The translations under genes were made by a program, and so were the position numbers. 20,000 nucleotides of DNA from Chiloscyllium plagiosum. Lineage: Eukaryota. The stretch covers positions 63,000,406-63,020,405 of the forward strand of contig NC_057719.1 of NCBI RefSeq assembly GCF_004010195.1, read 5' to 3'. Below are positions 1 to 8,974 of the stretch, piece by piece. The notes under the pieces were generated by a model. That model did no database searches. It saw nothing but the letters and a program-made list of their open reading frames with translations, and was not told where the DNA came from. Positions within the stretch are counted from its first letter, which is position 1. The number at the start of each line of letters is the position of its first letter.

Positions 1-809
1 CAAATCTACGTGTTTCTTGCACTCTCTGTCAACCCCACTAAGTTCAACTAAACCTTTGAGCTATCTTTATTTGAGTACAGATAAAACCTTTCAGAATGTT
101 CTGAATCCGAGAGGGAAATGTATTTTTTCCCAATTCTGTACAACTGAGATTTTCTGCAGGCTGATATCTGATCAATGTTACAGCCATTATAGAGAAGCAT
201 GAGAAACATCAGTGTCCTTGTGACAAGATATTTAGGCCTTGATCTTAACTGGATGGGATTTCTTAGCTGACAAACCTTAGTTTCCTGATGGGCAAGGATC
301 TAGATAACAGAGACTGCAGCTCAGAGCAGTTTCCTTGCTGCTGGGGTAGAAATCCCCAGGGTTTAGGTGTAGTTATGTCAGAGATGTTAATCCTGGACAA
401 TTCAGATTCCAGAGTAAATCTTGGCTTGTTGGATCCTCACTTTGTAACTGTTATGAAGGACGGGTCTGACCTCATTGCCATGGAACCCAAGAAGTTGGAC
501 CTTCTTACCCGTCCCTCATGGAAAAAGTTGGAAAAGAAAACACCGTGACCACAAGGCTATCAGGCAGTTGTCAGCATGTAGTGTCCTTGAGACCCTGTTG
601 TGGAGGTCAGTTACTGAATGCATTCCCAAGAGGCTGCTTTTGTACTTTTATAAAATAAAATGTTCATTCAAGATGTTGATCCTGGACAACTTTAAATGTT
701 GTGTTTATTCATACAACATGCCAAAATATAAATACAAGGAAATGGAGCCACGACCTCACACACACAGGCACATGCACACAAGTAATGATAGATTCTGGAG
801 AAAGAGCAT

Positions 810-1008
810 GTCATAGAGTCATAGTCATAGAGATGTACAGCACGGAAACAGACCATTCAGTCCAACTCGTCCATGCTGACCAGATATCCCAACCTAATCT
901 CATCCCACCTGCCAGCACCTGGCCCATATCCCCCCAAACCCTTCCTATTCACATACCCATCCAAATGTCTTTTAATTGCTGTAATTGTAATTGTATCAGC
1001 CTCCACCA
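810..1008 (-). mobile_element. CR1 LINE 3' end with (CTATGACT)n-type tail
   Basis: The + strand reads GTCATAGAGTCATAGTCATAGAGATGTACAGCACGGAAACAGACC..., a CR1 3' UTR with a short tandem tail. It is closely similar to 19107-19290, so the same family. It joins mid-RT sequence directly at ~1009, implying an internal deletion. Confidence 0.9.
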
Positions 1009-1815
1009 CTGATGAAAAGTAGTGGACCTAGCTCCGATCCTTGTGGCATTCCACTGGTCACAGGCCTCCAGTCTGAAAAACAACCCTCCAACACCATCCT
1101 CTGTCTTCTACTTTTGAGCCAGTTCTGTATCCAACTGGCTAGTTCTCCCTGTATTCAATGAGAGCTAACCTTGCTAATCAGTCTCCCATGGGGAACCTTG
1201 TCGAACGCCTTATTGAAGTTCATATAGATCACATCTACCGCTCTGCCCAATTCAATCCTCTTTGTTACTTCTTCAAAAAACTCAATCAAGTTTGTAAGAC
1301 TTGATTTTCCATGCACAAAGCCATATTGACTATCCCTAATCAGTCCTTGCCTTTCCAAATACATGGAAATCCTGTTCCTCAGTATTCCCTTCAACAACTT
1401 GCACATTACCAACATCAGGCTCACCGGTCTATAATTCCCTTAAGGCTTGTCCTTACCACCCTTCTTAAGCAGTCGCACCAGGGTAGCCAACCTCCTGTCT
1501 TCTGGCACCTCACCTGTAACTATTGATAATACAAGTATCTCAGCAAGGGGCCCAGCAATCACTTCCCTAGCTTTCCACAGAGTTCTCGGGTACACCTGAT
1601 CAGGTCCTGAGGACTGATCCACTTTTATGTGTTTCAAGACATCCAGCACTTCCTCCTCTGTCATATGGACATTTTCCAACATGTCATCATCTATTTCCCT
1701 ACAGTCTTTATCTTCCATGTCCTTCTCCATGATAAACACTGATGCAAAATACTCGTTTAGTATCTTCCCCATCTCCTGCAGCTCCACACAAAGGCAGCCT
1801 TGCCTATATTTGAGA
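1009..1815 (-). mobile_element. CR1 LINE ORF2 fragment (RT N-terminal half), degenerate
   Basis: Minus-strand ORFs include ILNEYFASVF, GPDQVYPRTL, TGEVPED, SQYGFVHGKSSLTNLIEFFEEVT and DVIYMNFNKAFDKVPHGRL, which are CR1 RT motifs. The frame is broken by frameshifts. Confidence 0.93.
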
Positions 1816-2307
1816 GGAGAAAGTGAGGTCTGCAGATGCTGGAGATCAAAGTTGAAACTTTATTGCTGGAACAGCACAGCAGGTCAGGCAGCATCCAGGG
1901 AACAGGAGATTCGACGTTTCGGGCACAGGCCCTTCTTCAGGAATGAGCAGAGAGTGTTCAGCAGGAGAAGATGGAAAATGAAGTGTTGTTCTTTGAACTT
2001 GCGTTAAGGAACACTGCAACAGATCTGGGACAGAAATGTTGGTGTAGGAACACAGTGGTGTGTTGAAGTGGAGGCAGTGGGAAACTCTGGGTCATGTTTT
2101 ACAGACAGAGTGTAGGTGTTCAGCAAAGCGGTCATCAAATCTGTGTTTCATCTCCCCCGATATACAGGAGACCACATTCTGAGCAGTGAATGAAATAAAT
2201 GAGTTGAGAGAAGTGCAGGTAAGCTGCTGCTTCACCTGGAAGGTGTGCCTGAGGCCTTGGATACTGAGGTTGGAGGAAGTAAATCGGCAAGTAAGTCACC
2301 TTGTGCA
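1816..2307 (-). mobile_element. Penelope-like element 3' fragment (GIY-YIG endonuclease remnant plus terminal hammerhead module), inserted in CR1
   Basis: The minus strand encodes a degenerate GIY-YIG region (IHCSECGLLYIG...RFAEHLHSV...HFN). This is followed by a terminal module, CTGAAGAAGGGCCTGTGCCCGAAACGTC...CCAGCATCTGCAG, homologous to 10872-11002. Confidence 0.85.
1909..1944 (-). ncRNA. Minimal type I hammerhead ribozyme, core intact
   Basis: Minus strand: AUUC-CUGAAGA-A-GGGC-CUGU-GCCC-GAAAC-GUC-GAAU. It has stem I (AUUC/GAAU), the CUGANGA core, a 4-bp stem II, GAAA, a palindromic ACGU stem III and a GUC cleavage triplet. Confidence 0.88.
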
Positions 2308-2703
2308 AGACCAACCCCTTCCCACAAACGTCCTAATAGAATTATGTTCGTTGGCCCCAAAGTGCTCCCCCACTGACACCTCAGTCACCTGCCCTGCCTT
2401 ATTTCCCAAAACTAGGTCAAGTTTTGCACCTTCTCTAGTAGGTACATTCACATACTGAATCAGAAAATTGTCTTGTACACACTTAATAAATTCCTCTCCA
2501 TCTAAACCCTTAACACTATGGCAGTCCCAGTCTATGTTTAGAAAGTTAAAATCCCCTACCATTACCAACCTATTATTCTTACAGATAACTGAGATCTCCT
2601 TACAAATTTGTTTTTAAATTTCCCTCTGACTGTTAGGGGGTCTATAATACAATCCCAATAAGGTGATCATCCCTTTCTTATTTCTCAGTTCAACCTAAAT
2701 AAC
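2308..2703 (-). mobile_element. CR1 LINE ORF2 APE-endonuclease fragment (5'-truncated end of the 810-2703 element)
   Basis: Minus-strand translation gives LGLYYRPPNS...VMVGDFNFLNIDWD...QYVNVPTREGAKLDLVL...EHFGANEHNSI, matching CR1 endonuclease motifs YRPP, GDFN, PTR..LDL and an SDH-like motif. Confidence 0.92.
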
Positions 2704-2912
2704 TTGTGTTTGGGATGTTCACAGAATTCACATAAATCAAACTTGCAATATAAAATTAATGTATCTATTATGTACTTATGTTAAAAACTTAAATCTAAAC
2801 CAATTTAAAATGTAACTGTATCTTGAACTAAAAACATTATACCTCAAAGCATTTTCACATTTGTTAGTCTAAGTGTACATTAGCCCGAGTCATAAAAACA
2901 ACAGGGGGGATC

Positions 2913-2924
2913 CAAGATGGCGGC
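2913..2924 (+). promoter_or_regulatory. YY1-type binding motif of the L1 internal promoter
   Basis: CAAGATGGCGGC matches the YY1 consensus and starts 9 nt after the start of the 5' G-run, the same layout as mammalian L1 5' ends. Confidence 0.7.
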
Positions 2925-3066
2925 GAACAGAAAGGCCTGCCCTGCTGAGCTCTGCACAACAACTCAGGCAAAGTGATGCTTTTACCCTCCCCACCTAAAT
3001 TATTTCAGGAAAGTTTGATAATTAAATATTGGTCGAATTGTTATAAACCTTTTTTCGCAAGGAAAG

Positions 3067-3932
3067 ATGACTAAAAGTAAGGGTTCGAGTAAATCCCAAA
3101 ACACAGGATATTCCCTGGCAGCATCAGATATGCCCATAACTATGACTGTGACTGCAACCGCTGCTACAGCCTCTTCTGCAACTCCGCTGGAATCACTTAC
3201 CCAACAGATCTGGTGAAACTCCAGGAAATGATCAAGGCGTCGATTGAGGAGTGTCGCACCAGGCTGGAACCAATCTCGATCATGCTGCACACTCACGAGC
3301 AGGAGCTGGAAGGGCTCGGAAAGCAAATGGAGGAGGTCGAATGGCAGACTGCCGCATTCAAGGCCATAATTGAGTCCTTAATGGATAGGCTCCAGGCCCT
3401 TGAGGAGCAGGTCCAGGCCTTAACAGAGCAGGTTGACGACCTCAAAAACAGAGGTAGGAGAAAGAATATCCAGGTCGCCGGGCTGCCGGAGGAAGAGGAA
3501 GGTGAGCAGCCAGTAAATTCTTTTGAAGACCTGCTACTGCGATTCATTGGTTTGGAGGCCGAGGCGAGCTGGGTGAAGGTCAACAGAGTTCATTGGATTG
3601 TGGTGTGCAAGTCAGACCAGCGACCCTGCCTAGTCCTAGTGCAATTCCAATGCTACAGGGACAAGCAGAGAGTTATGGAAGCTTCCAGAATGCAGAGGAA
3701 GGATCCACAGACTTTGATTTACAAAGGTTCCAAGATAATGTTCTTCCAGGACTTTTCTGCGGCCATGATCTGTAAAAGGATGTCCTTTAATGAGATGAAG
3801 AGAAGACTGAGGGACATCAGTATTCAGTATTCTGTCAGGTACCCGGCTGTGCTTAGTTTTACTCATGATGGGTCTGTACGCTGATTTGATTCTATAGAAA
3901 AATTAAAAAACTTTCTGGACACTTTAAAATAG
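3067..3932 (+). pseudogene. L1 ORF1 (coiled-coil + RRM + CTD, Transposase_22-like), disrupted
   Basis: ATG at 3067 (MTKSKGSSK...), then a frameshift near 3205 into ORF 3213-3884. That ORF has a heptad-like region, then DDLKNRGRRKNIQVAGLPE, VNRVH, KIMFFQDFS and RYPAVL. After a premature TGA at 3882 the frame continues FDSIEKLKNFLDTLK to TAG at 3930-3932. Confidence 0.88.
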
Positions 3933-4408
3933 ACTGGATGGTCTGAAGAATATGGACAATAATGTTTTCTCTTTTGCTTTTGTAATTCTCTCCTTTTCTT
4001 AAAGAAAGTGTTGTAGGACTTTTTCCGCTGTTAATTGGGGTTAATGTATCATTGGGGATGTGTAGAATGCTCACTTTCAACTTCTTTGTTAATATTACCT
4101 TTTCTTTCCTTTTGCTTGAGATTGGGATGTGGCTCAAGCTGGAAAGAGTTATGGAGGTGTGTGGAAGGTGTGTAAACACTCCCTGTGGGCAGGGGGTAGA
4201 GTCCCCCATTCTGTGCCTTTTGTATTTTGTATTTGGTTTAGTTTTTTGGTTTTTTTGTGGACGTAGTTTTGAATGTTCTGTTAGTTTGTTAGATGAAGTA
4301 GTTTTAGTGTACATAGTTTTTAGGCGCCATGAGTCTGTCTTCGTTTATACTCAGCAATTTGTACATCGAATTATTCCTCCCGGGAGTTCTCGGTTATTGT
4401 AGAGGGTC

Positions 4409-7142
4409 ATCACTGATTCTGGTCTCAAATGGTGTACCTGGAATATTAAATGGAGTCACTCACCGGTCAAGAGGAAGAAGGTACTTTCAAGTCTTAAAAA
4501 GGAGAGGCTTGATATTGCCCTATTGCAGGAAACTCACCTTGACGATAAGGAGCATCTGAAACTAAGCAGGGTGGGTTTGATTGGGTGTTTTTTTTGACCT
4601 TCAGTACTAAGAGCAGGGGAGTAGCCACCCTTGTTCAGAAGAATCTCCCATTTAATTTACTGGATCATATTAAAGATGGATGTGGGTGGTTCGTAATTCT
4701 TAAAGCCTCAATATACGGTAAAGAGTATGGTATTTTGAATGTTTATTGTCCCCAGGTGCACCCCTTAAATTCCTGATAAATGCATTCTCCAAATTAATTG
4801 CCCTTGCATTGCGGCATATTATTAAAGGGGGAGATTTTACATGTCTTTACAGTGGATAGAATACCCAAAGGCCCCCCAAAACTTTCTCTTCAATCTAAGT
4901 AACTGGTTGATTTTTGTGTGGAATTGGGGCAGATGGATGTTTGGCGGCATCTCTACCCTGCGGGTAGGGATTTCACATTTTTTTCTAATCTGCACAAGTG
5001 TCCCTAGGATTGATCCTTTCCTTGCCCCCACGATTTTTTTCAATTCGGTGATGTCCTGCACAATTGGGAATATCACCATTTCTGATCATGCAGCAGTATA
5101 TTTAATGGTCAATATTAAGAGCAATGTAACAGGTTCATGGCAATGGTGAATGGATCCCTTTATTCTCACAAACAGTAAGTGCATTGAGTATTTCTCTAAT
5201 GAGTTTAAAGCATTCTTGGTCATTAGTGCAGATACAGCTAGTGACCCATCTATTCTCTGGGAGACTGCAAAGGCTTATGCTTTTGTCTCTTACTCTGCCA
5301 GTCAGCAGTGGCAGAAGGGAGAGGAGCAGATCTGCTCGAGGCACGGTTGAGGGCAGCCGAGACGGCAGATGTTGATAGGCCATCGGTGGCTAAGTGGTCA
5401 CAGCTCTTTGGTTCATTTCGAATTCCATGCTCATACAGACAACAAGGAAGGAACTTTCCTTTACAAAACAAATTTGAGCACGGCGATAGGCCGGGCAAAT
5501 ATCTGGCACATCTGGCTAGGAAAAAGAACGCCCCTCCCCCAATTTATTACCTCAATCAGGGGCGGGACTGGAACTCTTATTCGTGATTCTAAGAAGATCA
5601 TGCTGCATTTTGGAGATTTCACTCCAAATTTTACCAGTCGGAAGGCTGTGATGACAGATGGGCTAAGATGGAGTCCTTTTTTTAGGAAACAGGATCTTCC
5701 AGGAGTGACCTCCGAACAGGCGTCTCTCCTTAATGCCCCTTTGACAGGGCAGGAGGTACAGGGGGCTGTGAAGCAGCTTCACAGTGGAAAGGTGCCCAGC
5801 AGTGACTTTGACAAAGAATTGTTAAATATATTGTCAGGGCCAATGCTGGACATGTAACAATTACTTGTACAGTCATAATTGTCTCCCGCCATCCATGAGA
5901 GAGACTAATATCTCTGTTATCCTTAGGAAACAGAAGATGCCGGAGGACTGTGCTTCCAATAGGCCCACCTCGCTTCTAAATTCTGATTTTAAACTTTTGT
6001 CCATGACTCTCGCATTAAGCCTGGAAACGGTGTTGCCTTCCATTGTCAAAGAGGACCAGATGGGTTTTATAAAGGACCGCAGATCCTCCAACAATGTTAC
6101 GAGGTTGCTTAATATGTTCGAAGCGTGTCAGCAGTGATCGGCTCAGGGATTAGTGATCTCTTTAGATGCAGAGAAGGTATTTGATCGGGTTGAGTGGCCA
6201 CATCTTTTTTACGCCCTGGAACGGTTTGGCCTCGGAGAAGTCTTTATCAGGTGGGTAAGGGTCCTCTGGTTGCAGTTCTCACCAATGGTGTAAGGTCCAG
6301 TAATTTTAGTATCTATAGGAGCAGTCAGCAAGATTGTCCCCTTTCACCTTTACACTTTACGTTGGTGATTGAGCTGCAGGCAGAGGCTATCCGTAGGGAT
6401 CCTAACATAGCTGCCCCAGAAGTGGGATCAAAGGCACATAAGATCACATCATATGGCATTCTTATCTGTCTGTTGAACCCACTAGTTCTATATCACATTT
6501 GATACAATGTATTAATTTATTTGGTTCCTTTTTGGGCTATAAGATTAAATTTTCAAAATTGGTGGCTATGCCTATGGGGGGATTTGGGGAATATCTGATA
6601 TTGACGGCGAGTCACCATTTCCCTTTAAGTGGTCACAGGTGTGGGGGGTGGGGGGGTGGGTGTGAGTTTCTTTATTTAGGTATTTTTGTCACTCCTGTCT
6701 TCAATCAATTATTTAAGGCAAATTTTACCCACTTGACAAGATTAAGCAAGATCTTCAAAGATGGGAGGCTCTTCCAATATCCTGGTTAGGCCGAGTAGCC
6801 CTTATTAAAATGGCTGTCCTTCCTCGTTTGCTATACCCTATGCGAATGCTTCCCTTGATTTTTCCTAGGCCGATATTTAGAAGACTTAATGGCTGGTTTA
6901 GTCTTTTATCTGGCACCACAGGCGGCCCCTTATTAAGCTCACCAAATTGCAATTGCCCCAAGGGCTGTGGAGAGTGGACCTCCCAGATATTAGAAGATAT
7001 CAATTAAGCTCCTTTTTATCTTTTGTGAGGGATTGTGAGGACCCAGCGTCCATATGGCTAGATATTGATGATTTCCAGACAAAGACTGTTGTTCTTAGAT
7101 AAAATGAGAACAGTTGCAAAATACTGTCACAATCCAATTGTC
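4409..7142 (+). pseudogene. L1 ORF2 (APE endonuclease + reverse transcriptase), many frameshifts, C-terminus missing
   Basis: EN motifs: TWNIK, LLQETHL, SRGVA, LNVYCP, GGDF, RID, ISDHAAV. RT motifs: [49 protein letters not shown]. The YADD position reads YG. Confidence 0.92.
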
Positions 7143-7554
7143 TTGGATATAGGTTTGCTCGCTGAGCTGGAAGGTCCATTTCCAGACATTTCATCACCCT
7201 ACTAGGTAACATCTTCAGTGGGCCTCAGGTGAAGCATTGTTGAAAATTCCTGCTTTCTATTTATATCTTTGGGTTTCTTTGGGTTGGTGATGTCATTTCC
7301 TGTGGTGAAGTCACTTCCTGTTCCTTTTCTCAGGGGGTTGTAGATAGGGTCTAACTCGATGTGTTTGTTGATAGAATTCTGGTTAGAATGCCATGCTTCT
7401 AGGAATTCTCATGCATGTCTTTGTTTGGTTTGTCCTAGGATGGATGTATTATCCCAGTCAAAGTGGTGTCTTTCCTCATCCGCATGTAAGGATACTGGTG
7501 AGAGACGGTCATGTCTTTTTGTGGCTAGTTGGTGTTTATGTATCCTGGTGGCTA
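7143..7554 (-). mobile_element. Penelope-like element 3' fragment (second family): GIY-YIG C-terminus, 3' UTR and hammerhead
   Basis: The minus strand reads ATRIHKHQLATKRHD...HHFDWDNTSILGQTKQRHA*EFLEAWHSNQNSINKHIELDPIY, a typical PLE endonuclease C-terminus. A hammerhead motif follows it. Confidence 0.87.
7182..7221 (-). ncRNA. Minimal type I hammerhead ribozyme, slightly decayed
   Basis: Minus strand: CCA-CUGAAGA-U-GUUACC-UAGUAG-GGUGAU-GAAAU-GUC-UGG. The core is intact and stem II has 6 bp including G-U pairs. The stem III ACGU palindrome reads AUGU, consistent with CpG decay. Confidence 0.75.
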
Positions 7555-7562
7555 TATAGAAA

Positions 7563-7585
7563 GAGAGAGAGAGAGAGATAGAGAG
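7563..7585. repeat. (GA)n microsatellite
   Basis: GAGAGAGAGAGAGAGATAGAGAG at the junction between the PLE and the L1 3' UTR. Confidence 0.85.
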
Positions 7586-8699
7586 TAGTGTTGTTGATGG
7601 TCTATTGTTGTAATTTTGTAATTTTTTAAAAATAAATCTTTTCTCAATTTTTTTTAAAACAAGCAACAGATTATTCTGGGCATATGGAAGTGTTTTACAA
7701 CTAAATAAAATATAATTTAATTCCTTACTTGCTTAATGAAATCAAAATTATTATCTATTGGAAAATAACCCATTCCTGTAGTATAACCAGTCTTAACTCT
7801 GTTCAAGAAGATTAATGCAATTAAGAAATTGAGTGGCCTGAGTCCCATGTTTACCTAAAGTTGTAGAATTGGAAAAATACCACTGAAGGTGTTATTGCCC
7901 TTTGCAAAGCTCTGCCTTTGTGAATGACACACAGTTAAAGTCATTACTTTGGAATGCTTTCATTTTCATTCCATAAAGCAAGTTGAATCTCTGAAACTCA
8001 GGCAACACAGAGTTTGGTCCCAATCACCTGAAATGTATAAATGTGGTATTTTCAGAACCATACACCAAATTTGAATTAAAATAAACAATGTATTGTTAAT
8101 GCTGTACAGAAGGTGCAGTCATGAAAAACTAATTCATTACAGGAAGTTACATGATTGTGTCAGGGAAGGCCAATGGAAATATGCTGAACAGACGGAGCGG
8201 CCAATTGAAATGAAGCAGAAGGTTTTAATGAAACAATGGCAGTTATGATCTGATCATTTACTCGAAGCTGCCAGGTAGCATAAGATTTGCTTTATTATCA
8301 ACTGGTACAAATAGCCAACTTTTGTATTTCATCATTACTGAGGTAATAAGTTAAGTGTAAGATTTGCTTGTCCGAGACCAAGTTGCACATCTGCAAATTG
8401 TCAGTTATTGATGACGTCTATTATCAAGACTGTTCAAAGGATTTGCTCCAAATCGCCATTGACAAGTGAGACTAATTTGCTTAAACTACTGAAAATAAAA
8501 CTTATCTCTTAAGTAAAAGTGAAATAAAAAGAAGTGAATATGAAATATCAATAAATCTCCCAATGCAATTTGCCTCCTTTGGTTTCATTTTTATCTGATA
8601 TTTTCATGGAAATAAAGAGAATCATCAATAAGGTTGTGCCATTTCCCTGAAGGTTTAAATTTCTTTCAGGTGACAAGCCACACCAAGATGGAAACATGG

Positions 8700-8945
8700 G
8701 TTGGGTGATTTGGCCCCTTCCCTTTGTTCTGGCCTGAACTCCATTAATCTCTTTATTCCCTGTCCCTCTCTTGATGCCATTGCCCACCGCAAATTTTGAT
8801 ATTAAACTTGACAATTTGGAAAGATACAGCATCCACATCCCTCACAGAGAAGGCAAGAGAGAGTTTCAGATTTTTATTGTTCGTTTGTGCGACAAAATGC
8901 TGATTTGTTTCATCTCTAAGTGACTTATCTTTAATTTAAAAATTC
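8700..8945 (-). mobile_element. Old, highly decayed CR1 3' end
   Basis: Residual blocks CTGAACTCCAT, CAGCATCCACA, GAGAGAGTTTCAGATT and CTTTAATTTAAA occur in the order expected for the reverse complement of a CR1 3' end. Recognised by eye only. Confidence 0.5.
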
Positions 8946-8974
8946 AGAGGCATTTAAGGTACAGGAAAAGGGCC

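Larger units (their letters stand above)
2904..7655 (+). mobile_element. Near full-length L1-clade non-LTR retrotransposon (dead), interrupted by a PLE at 7143-7554
   Basis: It has a G-rich 5' end with a YY1 motif, ORF1, a long inter-ORF spacer, ORF2 (EN and RT), a T-rich 3' UTR and AATAAA at 7631-7636. A possible degenerate TSD is AAAAACAACAG (2894-2904) versus ACAAGCAACAG (7659-7669). Confidence 0.92.

Noticed and set aside
3213..3884. 223-aa ORF as a functional or domesticated (L1TD1-like) gene
   Set aside because: It is L1 ORF1 with a frameshift separating it from its ATG and a premature stop, inside a decayed element.
3892..4314. 140-aa Lys/Thr-rich antisense ORF in the L1 spacer
   Set aside because: It mirrors the T/G-rich strand composition and has no recognisable domain.
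8353..8471. Short open frame ending at AA|GTGAGA as a + strand exon
   Set aside because: There is no convincing acceptor or polypyrimidine tract and the peptide is not recognisable.
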